64,000 bases of DNA from an uncultured Ruminococcus sp. (GTDB lineage: Bacteria; Bacillota; Clostridia; Oscillospirales; Acutalibacteraceae). How positions within the stretch are numbered: the first letter of the stretch is position 1; every line of letters starts with the position of its first letter. Location of the stretch: NCBI GenBank assembly GCA_902785425.1, contig CACZYP010000001.1:1-64000 (forward strand), read 5' to 3'. Shown here one piece after another: positions 1 to 9,602 of the stretch. The position numbers and the translations under genes are program-made. The notes beneath the pieces are model-generated. The model saw nothing but the letters and a program-made list of their open reading frames with translations, had not been told where the DNA came from and made no database searches.

Positions 1-99
1 CTTGTGTAATGGTTTTGTTAGCACTTACATTTTACACTATTGATGCTATGTTGTCTATTTTTATTTTACTGTTGCACTTCAAATGATAACCTATCCAGC

Positions 100-146
100 G
101 CCCTTGGCTGCCGGAGGCGAGTTGCGGAATTGTCAATTGTCCATTG
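100..146. repeat. Family A repeat fragment, right-end type: ggcgagtt-gcggaattgtcaattgtccattg.
   Basis: It matches the right-end module of the other copies (…ggcgagttccgaaattttccattttcaatt). Confidence 0.6.
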
Positions 147-147
147 A

Positions 148-176
148 AAAAAGAGGACAACTTTCGCTGTCCTCTT
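148..176 (-). terminator. Rho-independent terminator downstream of the permease gene.
   Basis: The hairpin is gaggaca-actttcgc-tgtcctc, followed by a T-run on the minus strand. Confidence 0.6.
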
Positions 177-204
177 TATTCCTAATAACACATTAAATTG
201 AAAC

Positions 205-1458
205 TTATTCGTATCTGAGTGCGTCTATCGGGTTGAGATTTGCCGCTTTGATCGACGGAACAAGACCGAAGATTATGCCGACGCCCATCGAGAAGCCTAC
301 CGATATCGCAATTGCGCCAACACTTATTACGGTTGTCATTCCGACTATAACGCCGATAAGCTTTGCTATGCCGATCCCTATCAGCACGCCTATAAGTCCG
401 CCGAGACTTGTCAGAACGACCGATTCCGTAAGGAACTGACCGAGTATTACTCTGCGCTTTGCGCCGAGGGCCTTTTTAAGACCTATCTCTCTCGTTCTTT
501 CCGTTACCGAAACGAGCATGATGTTCATAACACCGATGCCGCCTACAAGAAGCGATATGCTTGCAATGCCTACGAGCAGCATGGAGGTTATCTTCATGAT
601 CTCTTTGAGATACTCGGCGTCTTCCGTGAGCGAGCCTGATTTGTATTCGTATTTATCCGGCTCTGTAAGTGTTGCGTTGAGCACTTCCGAAGCTGCCGTT
701 GAAGCCGTAACGATGTTGTCACGATCTTCTATCCTGATAACGAGCGACTGTATGTCATCGTAGCCTGCGGCGTCGTTCCATGAAGTGTACGGTACCATAA
801 CGGATTTATCGCCTATGCCGAGATTTATCATGTAGTCGGAAAGGTTTTCGATCTCGGAATAATCGACAGGCTTTGTAACAACGCCCACTATAGTGAACAG
901 CTCGTTGCCGAACTGCACCGTTTTGCCGATGGGGGATTCGTTGTTGAACAAAGACGAGGCAATGGAATCCGATATGATCATAACGTTGTTGTGATCGTCG
1001 TAATCACGCTGAGTGAAGAATCTGCCCTCGGAAAGAAGCTTTCCGCAAAGTGGCAGATAATCAAGTCCGACGCCGTAAGATGTGCAGTAGGCCGATTGGC
1101 TCAGATATTTCACTTCGAGCGAGTATTCCTTGCAGTAGATAGCGGCAGCTTCACTGATGCCGTCTAATTCCTTAACTTGTTCAACGCATTCCTCGGGGAT
1201 CGTTGTAACACCGGTTATCGGTCCGTTGTTAGATGCGTCGTAAGGCTGATACTTATCGTTTTTGTCAAAAAAGCTGATAGTAACTGTGTTGGTGCTGTCG
1301 CCGACCATTTCTTCTTTGAGCTGTTCGCTTGCGCCGTTTATGATAGAAACGATTATGATGATGGCTGCAATACCGATTATGATACCGAGCATCGTAAGTG
1401 CCGAACGCATTTTGTGCGAGCGTATGCCCCGAAACGAGAGCATTACATTTTCAAACAT
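205..1458 (-). CDS. ABC transporter permease, MacB/FtsX-like, with an N-terminal TM helix, a large extracytoplasmic MacB-like core and C-terminal FtsX TMs. The start is placed at M22 because it has a GGGAGG RBS.
   Basis: The translation shows a MacB_PCD-like region and an FtsX C-terminus (LVGGIGVMNIMLVSVTERTREIGL). The gene is last in an operon with an ATPase and two HlyD adaptors. Confidence 0.85.
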   Translation of the reverse strand: MFENVMLSFRGIRSHKMRSALTMLGIIIGIAAIIIIVSIINGASEQLKEEMVGDSTNTVTISFFDKNDKYQPYDASNNGPITGVTTIPEECVEQVKELDGISEAAAIYCKEYSLEVKYLSQSAYCTSYGVGLDYLPLCGKLLSEGRFFTQRDYDDHNNVMIISDSIASSLFNNESPIGKTVQFGNELFTIVGVVTKPVDYSEIENLSDYMINLGIGDKSVMVPYTSWNDAAGYDDIQSLVIRIEDRDNIVTASTAASEVLNATLTEPDKYEYKSGSLTEDAEYLKEIMKITSMLLVGIASISLLVGGIGVMNIMLVSVTERTREIGLKKALGAKRRVILGQFLTESVVLTSLGGLIGVLIGIGIAKLIGVIVGMTTVISVGAIAISVGFSMGVGIIFGLVPSIKAANLNPIDALRYE

Positions 1459-1471
1459 ATTATACCTCCCA

Positions 1472-3172
1472 TTAGTAGAACAGACCGAAGTCGTAGTACA
1501 TACTGTCGAAATCGGTATCAACTGTTTCGCTGCCTACCTTTGCCTTGCCGTAGGGGAAGCAGATCATGTCGTCGCCTGTGATACCTTCGGTGACGAGCGC
1601 CGTTTCATACTCTTTTTTGCCTACCTTTACGTAGCGCTTTTCAAGCCGGCCGTCTTCGCCTTTGATAAGCACATAAGAGCGGCTGCCCTCTGTTCTGATG
1701 AGTGATGTCGGCATAACGCAGCCTTCCGTGCCGTCGTTGTTCCTGACAACGAGCTGTACTTCACTGTCGGCGCCGATCTCCATATCGTTGTCGAGCGTTA
1801 CTGTGAATTCGTACTGAGATTCAAGGCTGCCGTTGTTCGATTCATCCGAGCCGACCTGTGAGCTCGGTTCGGGATTGATATATGTGACAGTACCGGTGCC
1901 TTCTGTGCCTGTTTCGTAATTGGTGATATCGACAGCCATACCCTCGGCTACCTTGTCGAGAGAGAATTCGCCTACCGTTGCGGTAACGCTCATGCCCGAA
2001 TCATTATTGACCGTCATGTATGCGCCCGATTCGGAGAGATGCTTGATATCCTTTGCAACGAATGTTACCTTGCCGTCGATAGTTGCTACTTCGCCGCCTG
2101 TCTGGGCAAGCTTCTTTGCTTTCTTTACATTAAGCTCTGCCTGACGCTCCTGAAGATCAAGGTCTGCCTTGCTCTTCTCTTTTTCTTTTATCATGTCACG
2201 CAGTTCCTGAGCCGAGAACTTGTAATTGTCGTCAAGCGTTATCTCTGCGGAAACGTTGGCATTGCCTTCCGGAAGTTCCGATAGCTGCGGTATCTCGCTC
2301 ATATCGTAATAATTGTCGGGGAGAGTATAGTCGCCGGGGTTCTGAGGAGCAGCGGCGCTCATCGTAAGGAACGAGGCGAAACCAACGGAGCTGCCGCCGA
2401 AAGCGATCATGCCGTCGGGAGTTACCGTTACGCCGTCCATAAGAGGATAATCCTGTACCGAGGCGGCGTCTATTTTCGAGCCGTCGATAAGCTTTGCAAA
2501 AAGCTGCATGTCGTCTTCGGTGCAAACGTAAAAGACTGCTGTTTTACCGCTGAGTTCCGAAAGAAGTTCCTTTGAAACGACGCTTGTCTGACCTGCTATG
2601 TAAATGAACGGGTCTTCGGCTGTGCCTGTGCCGGCAAGCGGAATGCTCGTTTTTGTTATACGGGCTTCGTACTTTGATTTAGGAGCCTGGTCGGGAGTGG
2701 AGTCGGAATCTGTGTCGCTGTTCTGGGGCTCTTCCTCCTCTTCTTCCTGCGGAGCATTTTCCGAAGGCTGGAGACGTTTTAAAACATCAAGCTCATTGTC
2801 AACGATCTGGATATTGTTTTTGAGCGTTTTAACGAGCAGCTCGGCGTCTTCAACACTGTCCTTGAGCGAGTGTGTATCGTAGCTTATGAGGACATCGCCC
2901 TTCTTGACAATGTCGCCCTTTTTGAAGTTTACGCTTTGTATCTTAAGTTCGGGCGATACCTTTACATTTATAAAGCTGCCCTTTTTGAGTTTTCCGTAAA
3001 ATGTGTCGCCGCTTGATGAAAGATCTGTATAGTATACGTCGGCAGCTGCGGAAACAGGCGCCACCTTTATGATCTTTTCCGAGTTCTTTGCCTTTGTCCA
3101 GCCGAAAATACCGCCGCCTGCAGCCAGCACGATGAGCGGTATCACTATGTAGCGTGCTTTGAATTTACCCAT
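1472..3172 (-). CDS. HlyD-family periplasmic adaptor subunit (membrane fusion protein) with an acidic linker.
   Basis: It has an N-terminal TM, a biotinyl-lipoyl-like motif (NVKVSPELKIQSVNFKKGDIVKKGDVLISYD) and a coiled coil. GGAGG sits 9 nt before the M14 start. Confidence 0.8.
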   Translation of the reverse strand: MGKFKARYIVIPLIVLAAGGGIFGWTKAKNSEKIIKVAPVSAAADVYYTDLSSSGDTFYGKLKKGSFINVKVSPELKIQSVNFKKGDIVKKGDVLISYDTHSLKDSVEDAELLVKTLKNNIQIVDNELDVLKRLQPSENAPQEEEEEEPQNSDTDSDSTPDQAPKSKYEARITKTSIPLAGTGTAEDPFIYIAGQTSVVSKELLSELSGKTAVFYVCTEDDMQLFAKLIDGSKIDAASVQDYPLMDGVTVTPDGMIAFGGSSVGFASFLTMSAAAPQNPGDYTLPDNYYDMSEIPQLSELPEGNANVSAEITLDDNYKFSAQELRDMIKEKEKSKADLDLQERQAELNVKKAKKLAQTGGEVATIDGKVTFVAKDIKHLSESGAYMTVNNDSGMSVTATVGEFSLDKVAEGMAVDITNYETGTEGTGTVTYINPEPSSQVGSDESNNGSLESQYEFTVTLDNDMEIGADSEVQLVVRNNDGTEGCVMPTSLIRTEGSRSYVLIKGEDGRLEKRYVKVGKKEYETALVTEGITGDDMICFPYGKAKVGSETVDTDFDSMYYDFGLFY

Positions 3173-3884
3173 TTGTGTTACCTCCGTGTCTGCGCTTTGA
3201 ACGTGCTTCAAAGTCGGAAAGCGACATCAGCTCGCCGTCGTAGATGACGACGATGTTGTTTGCACATTCTGCTACCGTTTTTTCATGCGTTATCATTACG
3301 ATGGTAACGCCCTCTTTGTTGAGAGATGAAAACAGATCCATTACCTGTTCGCCCGAAGCTGAGTCGAGTGCGCCGGTAGGCTCGTCGGCAAGCAGGATCT
3401 TCGGGGAATTTGCTATTGCTCTTGCGATAGCGACACGCTGCTTCTGTCCGCCCGAAAGCTGAGTGGGGAAGAACTTCATTCTGTCGGCAAGACCTACTTT
3501 TTCAAGAGCGGCTGCGGCGATCTCTCTGCGCTGACGCTTCTTGATGCCTGCGTAAAGCAGGGGAAGCTCCACGTTTGCAAGTGCTGTTTCTCTCGGCATG
3601 AGGTTGAAGTTCTGAAAAACGAAGCCTATGCCCTTGTTTCTTATAGCGGAAAGCGAGCGGTCGTTCTGAACCGAAATGTCTATGCCGTCGAACATATACG
3701 TTCCGCTTGTGGGCTTGTCAAGCAGACCGATAATATTCATCAGCGTACTTTTGCCCGAACCTGAGGGACCCATTATCGAAAGATAGTCGCCCTCTTTTAC
3801 CTGTAGATTTATATTTTTGAGAACGGGTACTTCAAGGTCGCCCGCCTGGTAGTTTTTATAGATTTCCTGAAGATCAAGTATCAT
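3165..3884 (-). CDS. ABC transporter ATP-binding protein, MacB/LolD type.
   Basis: It has Walker A GPSGSGKST, signature LSGGQKQRVAIARA and Walker B ILLADEPT. Confidence 0.9.
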   Translation of the reverse strand: MILDLQEIYKNYQAGDLEVPVLKNINLQVKEGDYLSIMGPSGSGKSTLMNIIGLLDKPTSGTYMFDGIDISVQNDRSLSAIRNKGIGFVFQNFNLMPRETALANVELPLLYAGIKKRQRREIAAAALEKVGLADRMKFFPTQLSGGQKQRVAIARAIANSPKILLADEPTGALDSASGEQVMDLFSSLNKEGVTIVMITHEKTVAECANNIVVIYDGELMSLSDFEARSKRRHGGNTNG

Positions 3885-3896
3885 TTGATTACCCCC

Positions 3897-5108
3897 TTAG
3901 CCTGCAATGTCGTCGGGGATCATTATATCTTCTTCGATGGAATTCCCGGAGATCTCGGCGCTTTCGTCATAGCCTTTTATTGTCTCCATGCCCTCAAAGA
4001 AACGATCTTCGGGGAACGCTACGTAATCATCGTTAGTGAGTCCGGAAATGATCTCGTAACGGAAAAGTTCATTATCATGCTCGCCGAGCTTTACGCTGCG
4101 CTTTGCAAGCTTGCCGTTGTCGTCTGTCCATACGTAAGGTGCCGTAGTGGCGTCGCAAACGAAGCTGTCATCTATATAAACTTTGTCGTCGTCCTCTTTG
4201 TCTGCTGTGCTGTTACCCCTTGCTTCTTCAACTGTAACATGCTGACCGATGAGAAGACCGTCAATGCTGTCAAGAGAAATGTAAACCGGATACTTTGTAG
4301 TGGTTTCCAGACCGTAAACAGGATTGCTGTTTGAAGGCTTTGCCGTGTCGATGGAAACGACGGAGCCTGTCCATGTTTTGGACTCATCTACTCTTGAGCG
4401 GATAAGTATAGGCTCGTCTACGAAAAATTCTCCGATGTGCTCTTCGCTTACGCTTGCCTTAACACGGTAGTCGCCCGATGAAGTGATCGTTATGTACGCT
4501 TCGGCTGTGGGGTCGTCTACGGAGCGGATAATACCGTCGATAGAAGATTTCACAACGGCGTTCTTGATGGAGTTTTCCGATTTTACGATCGTCTTTTCGA
4601 CTGTGCTCTTGTTGTACTCCGCCTTTTTAAGACCAAGCTTTGCGGCTTCGATCTGATTTTCAAGCGTCAGGCGCTGGTTCCTTGTAGCTGTGCTCTGCTC
4701 CTTTTCAAGAGCGGCTATCTGATCGTTGTACGACTTGATCTCGGCTTCTGCCTGCTCACGGTCAAGCTTGTACTGGTCGAGCTGATACTGAAGATCTTCG
4801 ATATCGTATTCAAAAAGCTTGTCGCCTTTTTTGATCGGGTCGCCCTCTTTTACGTATATAGTTTTGATCTTTTTCTCGCTGTCGGAATCGACCGATATGA
4901 CCTCCTGCGATTCGATCACCGCACTGTAGCGGTTAGAGAGGAAGATGATGTTGTCATTAGTGCCGCCGAGACGGTTGACGTATGCAACGTTTTCGTTGAA
5001 GTCGCTGCCGCCTTTGACAAGCGGTACAACAACGAACCACCCTACCGCAAGAACGGTTGCCGCCAATAACAGGATAAAAATGATTTTCAATACCTTTTTC
5101 ATGTTCAT
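3897..5108 (-). CDS. Second HlyD-family periplasmic adaptor subunit, first gene of the efflux operon.
   Basis: It has an N-terminal TM and a lipoyl-like motif (IYVKEGDPIKKGDKLFEYD) with coiled-coil segments. An RBS GGAGG is present, and the alternative ATG at 5102 has better spacing. Confidence 0.8.
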   Translation of the reverse strand: MNMKKVLKIIFILLLAATVLAVGWFVVVPLVKGGSDFNENVAYVNRLGGTNDNIIFLSNRYSAVIESQEVISVDSDSEKKIKTIYVKEGDPIKKGDKLFEYDIEDLQYQLDQYKLDREQAEAEIKSYNDQIAALEKEQSTATRNQRLTLENQIEAAKLGLKKAEYNKSTVEKTIVKSENSIKNAVVKSSIDGIIRSVDDPTAEAYITITSSGDYRVKASVSEEHIGEFFVDEPILIRSRVDESKTWTGSVVSIDTAKPSNSNPVYGLETTTKYPVYISLDSIDGLLIGQHVTVEEARGNSTADKEDDDKVYIDDSFVCDATTAPYVWTDDNGKLAKRSVKLGEHDNELFRYEIISGLTNDDYVAFPEDRFFEGMETIKGYDESAEISGNSIEEDIMIPDDIAG

Positions 5109-5143
5109 ATGCCTCCAATGAATGTTCTATTTGGTATAATACA

Positions 5144-5172
5144 ATTATACACTTCCGCATATGCCGTGTCAA
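5144..5172 (-). promoter_or_regulatory. Sigma-A type promoter for the efflux operon: TTGACA-17-TATAAT on the minus strand.
   Basis: The reverse complement reads ttgacacggcatatgcggaagtgtataat about 30 nt upstream of the RBS. Confidence 0.55.
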
Positions 5173-5211
5173 TACTTAAATTGTTAAATTTCTAACAAAC
5201 CATTATATACC

Positions 5212-6072
5212 GAACCTCGCCTGCGGCGAGGTTCTTAAATTGAAAATGGAAAATTGAAAATGGAAAATTGAAAATGGAAAATTGCAGAGTCGCTGCGCTC
5301 CTGATTTTATATTGGTGTTTTCAAGCCGAATAATTATCACTCGGCGGCGAGTGAAGTATGGATTTATGATGACTAATACAAATTCACCTCGCCCAAGGCG
5401 AGGTTCTTAAATTGAAAATGGAAAATTGAAAATGGAAAATTGCGGAGTCGCTGCGCTCCTGATTTTATATTGGTGTTTTCAAGCCGAATAATTATCACTC
5501 GGCGGCGAGTGAAGTATGGATTTATGATGACTAATACAAATCCAACTCGCCGAAGGAGAGGTTCTTAAATTGAAAATGGAAAATTGAAAATGGAAAATTG
5601 CGGAGTCGCTGCGCTCCTGATTTTATATTGGTGTTTTCAAACCGAATGATTATCACTCGGCGGCGAGTGAAGTGTGGATTTATGATGACTAATACAAATC
5701 CAACTCGCCTGCGGCGAGGTCCTTAAATTGAAAATGGAAAATTGAAAATGGAAAATTGCGGAGTCGCTGCGCTCCTGATTTTATATTGGTGTTTTCAAAC
5801 CGAATAATTATCACTCGGCGGCGAGTGAAGTGTGGATTTATGATGACTAATACAAATCCGACTCGCCGAAGGAGAGGTTCTTAAATTGAAAATGGAAAAT
5901 TGAAAATGGAAAATTGCAGAGTCGCTGCGCTCCTGATTTTATATTGGTGTTTTCAAACCGAATAATTATCACTCGGCAGCGAGTGAAGTATGGATTTATG
6001 ATGACTAATACAAATCCAACTCGGCGAAGCCGAGTTCCATAATTTTCCATTTTCCATTTTCAATTTTCCATT
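5212..6072. repeat. Head-to-tail tandem array of the family A element, about 5.4 copies with a 158 bp period. The first unit carries an extra 14-bp GAAAATGGAAAATT. The array ends with an inverted heptamer block aattttccattttccattttcaattttcc.
   Basis: Unit starts fall at 5229, 5401, 5559, 5717 and 5875. Each unit contains the hairpins CCTCGCC-tgcg-GGCGAGG and TCACTCG-gcg-GCGAGTGA plus the core ttgcggagtcgctgcgctcctgatttta. Confidence 0.95.
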
Positions 6073-6080
6073 AAAAAAAA

Positions 6081-6107
6081 GCCACCCACACAAATGTGTG
6101 GAATGGC
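6081..6107 (-). terminator. Terminator downstream of ackA.
   Basis: The hairpin is gccacccacaca…tgtgtggaatggc, followed by 8 Ts on the minus strand. Confidence 0.55.
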
Positions 6108-6130
6108 TTTGGTTTGTTTGAGATTTGAGA

Positions 6131-7339
6131 TTAAAGTGAACCTTCAACGATCGCTTTTGTGTCTCTTGCGATAACGAGCTCTTCGTTTGTCGGGATAACA
6201 AATACCTCGATCGAAGAATCGTCTGCGGAGATCTTGCCGGCGTTGCCGTGGATCATTGCGTTGTTCTTCTCTTTGTCTACCTTTACACCGAGGCAGGAGA
6301 GGTATTCGCAGATCTTTTCACGGAGAGTTACCTGGTTTTCACCGAGGCCTGCCGTGAATACCATGCCGTCGCAGCCGCCGAGAGCTACATAGTAGCCGCC
6401 GATGAACTTTGCGATCTCATAGTAAAGGATCTCATGAGCGAGGTGTGCTCTTTCGTTGCCTTCTTTTTCTGCCTTGGAAACGTCTCTGTCGTCGCTCGAA
6501 ATACCGGAAATACCGAGAAGACCGGACTTCTTGTTGAGCAGGTCGCTCATCTCGGAGGGAGAGAGGTTCTCTTTCTCTGCGATGAATGTTACAACGGAAG
6601 GATCGAGTGTACCTGTTCTTGAACCCATCATGAAGCCGTCAAGCGGAGTAAGACCCATAGATGTGTCGATTACCTTGCCGCCGTCGATAGCTGTAATGGA
6701 AGAACCGTTGCCGATGTGGCATGTGATGAGCTTGAGGTCTTTGATATCCTTGCCCATCATGTTTGCGCATTCGCCGCTTACATAACGGTGCGATGTGCCG
6801 TGGAAGCCGTAGCGGCGGACCTGGTACTTCTCGTAATACTCATAGGGAACAGGGTAGATGTATGCCTTTTCGGGCATTGTGGAATGGAAAGCTGTATCGA
6901 ATACAACGACCTGCGGAAGAGTCTCGCCGAACACTTCTACGCATGCTCTGAGAGCCTGAACGTGACCCTTGTTGTGGAGCGGTGCAAGCGGGATAAGGCT
7001 TTCGATGCCCTTGATGACCTCTTCGTTAACGAGAACGGACTTGCTGAAGATAGCGCCGCCCTGCACGATTCTGTGACCGATAGCCGAAACTTCGGAAAGA
7101 TCGGAGATAACGCCGTACTCGCTGTCTGTAAGTGCGTTCTTTACCTCCATGAAAGCTGCTCTGTGGTCGGGAAGAGTTACTTCCTTCTTGAACTCTTTGC
7201 CGTCAGCGTTTTTGTAGCCTACAAGACCGTCGATGCCGATCCTTTCGCAATTTCCTTTTGCAAGAACCTTTTCGTCCTCCATGTCGATAAGCTGGAACTT
7301 AAGGGACGAGCTTCCTGCGTTGATAACTAATATTTTCAA
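6131..7339 (-). CDS. ackA: Acetate kinase.
   Basis: The translation has (M)KILVINAGSSSLKFQL and conserved ackA motifs throughout. The start is placed at TTG, preceded by AAGGAGAG. Confidence 0.92.
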   Translation of the reverse strand: MKILVINAGSSSLKFQLIDMEDEKVLAKGNCERIGIDGLVGYKNADGKEFKKEVTLPDHRAAFMEVKNALTDSEYGVISDLSEVSAIGHRIVQGGAIFSKSVLVNEEVIKGIESLIPLAPLHNKGHVQALRACVEVFGETLPQVVVFDTAFHSTMPEKAYIYPVPYEYYEKYQVRRYGFHGTSHRYVSGECANMMGKDIKDLKLITCHIGNGSSITAIDGGKVIDTSMGLTPLDGFMMGSRTGTLDPSVVTFIAEKENLSPSEMSDLLNKKSGLLGISGISSDDRDVSKAEKEGNERAHLAHEILYYEIAKFIGGYYVALGGCDGMVFTAGLGENQVTLREKICEYLSCLGVKVDKEKNNAMIHGNAGKISADDSSIEVFVIPTNEELVIARDTKAIVEGSL

Positions 7340-7382
7340 TGGTATTCTCTCCTTGTGCGTTACCGCCATTATTTCATCTATA

Positions 7383-7411
7383 ATAATAGTACAAAATCAC
7401 AAGGATTTCAA
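7383..7411 (-). promoter_or_regulatory. Candidate promoter TTGAAA-17-TATTAT upstream of ackA.
   Basis: The reverse complement reads ttgaaatccttgtgattttgtactattat. Confidence 0.4.
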
Positions 7412-7463
7412 TATTTTCTTGCAATTTTTTTCAGAGAAGTCGTTTGTGTCGTGCTTTCAGTGA

Positions 7464-9206
7464 TTACAGCGCTTTCGTTCTGATCTCTTCGAGAACGTCC
7501 GAAAGGAACTTCTCAACGCTCATAGCGCCGATGTCGCCCTGCTTTCTCGAACGAACGGAAACAGTATTGGCTTCGATATCCTTGTCGCCGCAAAGGATCA
7601 TGTACGGGATTTTCCGGAGCTGTGCTTCTCTGATCTTGTAGCCGATCTTTTCGCTTCTGTCGTCGATCTCAACACGAAGACCCTTTTCTTCAAGCTTTGC
7701 TTTTACCTCGTTGATGTAGTCAAGGTGTCTGTCTGCGATGGGCAGCAGCTTTACCTGAACGGGAGCAAGCCATGTCGGGAATGCACCTGCGAAATGCTCC
7801 GTGATTACTCCGATAAAACGCTCGATCGAACCGAGAACGACTCTGTGTATCATAGCAGGGCGATGCTTTTCGCCGTCTGCACCGATGTATTCAAGCTCAA
7901 ATCTTTCGGGCAGCTGCATATCGAGCTGTATCGTGCCGCACTGCCATGTTCTGCCAAGTGAATCGGAGAGATGGAAATCAAGCTTAGGTCCGTAGAATGC
8001 GCCGTCGCCTTCATTTATAACGAAAGATTTTCCGAGATCCGTACATGCCTGTTTTAACGTATCCGTAGCAAAATCCCATGTAGCAACGTGACCGAGATGA
8101 TCTTCGGGCATTGTCGATACTTCGATCTGATAGGAAAGTCCGAAAACGGAATAGACCTCGTCAAACAGGTTGATAACATTTTTGATCTCATCTCTCATCT
8201 GCTCCCATGTCATAAATACATGAGCGTCGTCCTGTGTAAAGCAGCGGACACGGAAAAGACCGTGAAGCGCACCCGAAAGCTCATGCCTGTGAACAAGACC
8301 CAATTCGCCGATTCGCAAAGGCAGCTCTTTGTAGGAGTGCGGCTCCGATTTGTAAACGAGCATTCCGCCGGGGCAGTTCATCGGCTTGATGCAGAACTGT
8401 GTGTCGTCTATCATCGTGGAATACATATTCTCGCTATAGTGCGCCCAGTGACCCGATTTTTCCCACAAAGCCTTATCAAGCATTATAGGCGTGGATATTT
8501 CAAGGTAATTGTAGCGCTTATGAACTTCACGCCAGTAATCTATGAGCGTGTTTCTCAACACCATGCCTTTCGGTAGGAAGAACGGAAAACCGGGGCCTTC
8601 GTCCATAAGAACGTACAGACCAAGCTCTTTGCCGAGCTTGCGGTGATCTCTTTTTTTTGCTTCCTCGATCCTTTGCAGGTATTCGTCAAGCTCCGCTTTG
8701 CTCGGATAAGCTACGCCGTATATGCGCTGTAAAGCCGCTTTTGAAGAATCGCCTCTCCAGTAAGCGGAGTTACAGGCTGTAAGCTTTACCGCATTTGCTT
8801 TTACTCTGCCTGTGGAATCAAGGTGCGGTCCTGCGCACAAGTCCGTAAACTCTCCCTGCTTGTAGAAGCTGATAACGGCGTCGTCGGGAAGATCGTTTAT
8901 AAGCTCGATCTTGTACGGCTCGGACTTCATAAGCTCCAAAGCCTCTTCACGGGGCAGCTCAAATCTTTCAAGCTTCAGTTTTTCTTTGCAGATCTTTTTC
9001 ATTTCGGCTTCGATCTTTTCCAGTATCTCCGGCGTGAAGCTGAACGGAGCGTCCATATCGTAATAAAAGCCGTTGTCTATTGAAGGACCTATCGCAAGTT
9101 TTACTTCCGGGTAAAGTCTCTTGACTGCCTGCGCCAGTATATGAGAGCAGGTATGCCAATACGTCCTCCTGTATTCTTCATTTTCAAACGTTGATTTGTT
9201 TTCCAT
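7464..9206 (-). CDS. thrS: Threonine--tRNA ligase paralog 1. It lacks the N-terminal TGS domain and begins at the N2 editing domain (WHTCSH).
   Basis: Class II aaRS motifs and a ThrRS anticodon-binding C-terminus are present. AAGGAGG sits 8 nt before the M18 start. Confidence 0.9.
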   Translation of the reverse strand: MENKSTFENEEYRRTYWHTCSHILAQAVKRLYPEVKLAIGPSIDNGFYYDMDAPFSFTPEILEKIEAEMKKICKEKLKLERFELPREEALELMKSEPYKIELINDLPDDAVISFYKQGEFTDLCAGPHLDSTGRVKANAVKLTACNSAYWRGDSSKAALQRIYGVAYPSKAELDEYLQRIEEAKKRDHRKLGKELGLYVLMDEGPGFPFFLPKGMVLRNTLIDYWREVHKRYNYLEISTPIMLDKALWEKSGHWAHYSENMYSTMIDDTQFCIKPMNCPGGMLVYKSEPHSYKELPLRIGELGLVHRHELSGALHGLFRVRCFTQDDAHVFMTWEQMRDEIKNVINLFDEVYSVFGLSYQIEVSTMPEDHLGHVATWDFATDTLKQACTDLGKSFVINEGDGAFYGPKLDFHLSDSLGRTWQCGTIQLDMQLPERFELEYIGADGEKHRPAMIHRVVLGSIERFIGVITEHFAGAFPTWLAPVQVKLLPIADRHLDYINEVKAKLEEKGLRVEIDDRSEKIGYKIREAQLRKIPYMILCGDKDIEANTVSVRSRKQGDIGAMSVEKFLSDVLEEIRTKAL

Positions 9207-9381
9207 TTTGTTTTCCTCCTTGTCTCCGGCTTGATGTGAAACATAGTTATCAAGCACAGTAATTATAAAAATGTTGATAAAAACTGTTTAGTTTTTATGA
9301 TTTAGGGTAAAAAAATACCGGCAGCAGACAGCGGTGAGATACTCAAAGACCGATCATCGGAAAGCGCAGGGTATTATCGGT

Positions 9382-9508
9382 GTGACGGGTTGTTACGGGT
9401 TTTCAGCGTTTTCTAACTCTTTTTACTAAAAATATAAATGGTAAATAATGGTATATAGAAATAGTAAAAGGTTTTGGAAATTCACAAAAACCCGTCACAA
9501 CCCGTCAC
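9382..9508. repeat. Long inverted repeat with an approximately 22-bp stem, gtgacgggttgttacgggtttt / aaaacccgtcacaacccgtcac, around an 82-nt AT-rich loop between the thrS paralogs.
   Basis: It is directly visible, with one mismatch between the arms. Confidence 0.8.
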
Positions 9509-9602
9509 AGCTCAAAGATCAATGCTTCCGATGTACCGTTCAGGATGAATACCGCATCGTTTTGCTGTCATCTGTGCCGTTAGTAACACATTAAAGAGTA
9601 GC

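Noticed and set aside
5212-6072. Regular repeat array considered as a CRISPR array.
   Set aside because: The period is 158 bp with virtually no unique spacer sequence between units. The units are the same element found dispersed elsewhere, and there are no cas genes nearby.
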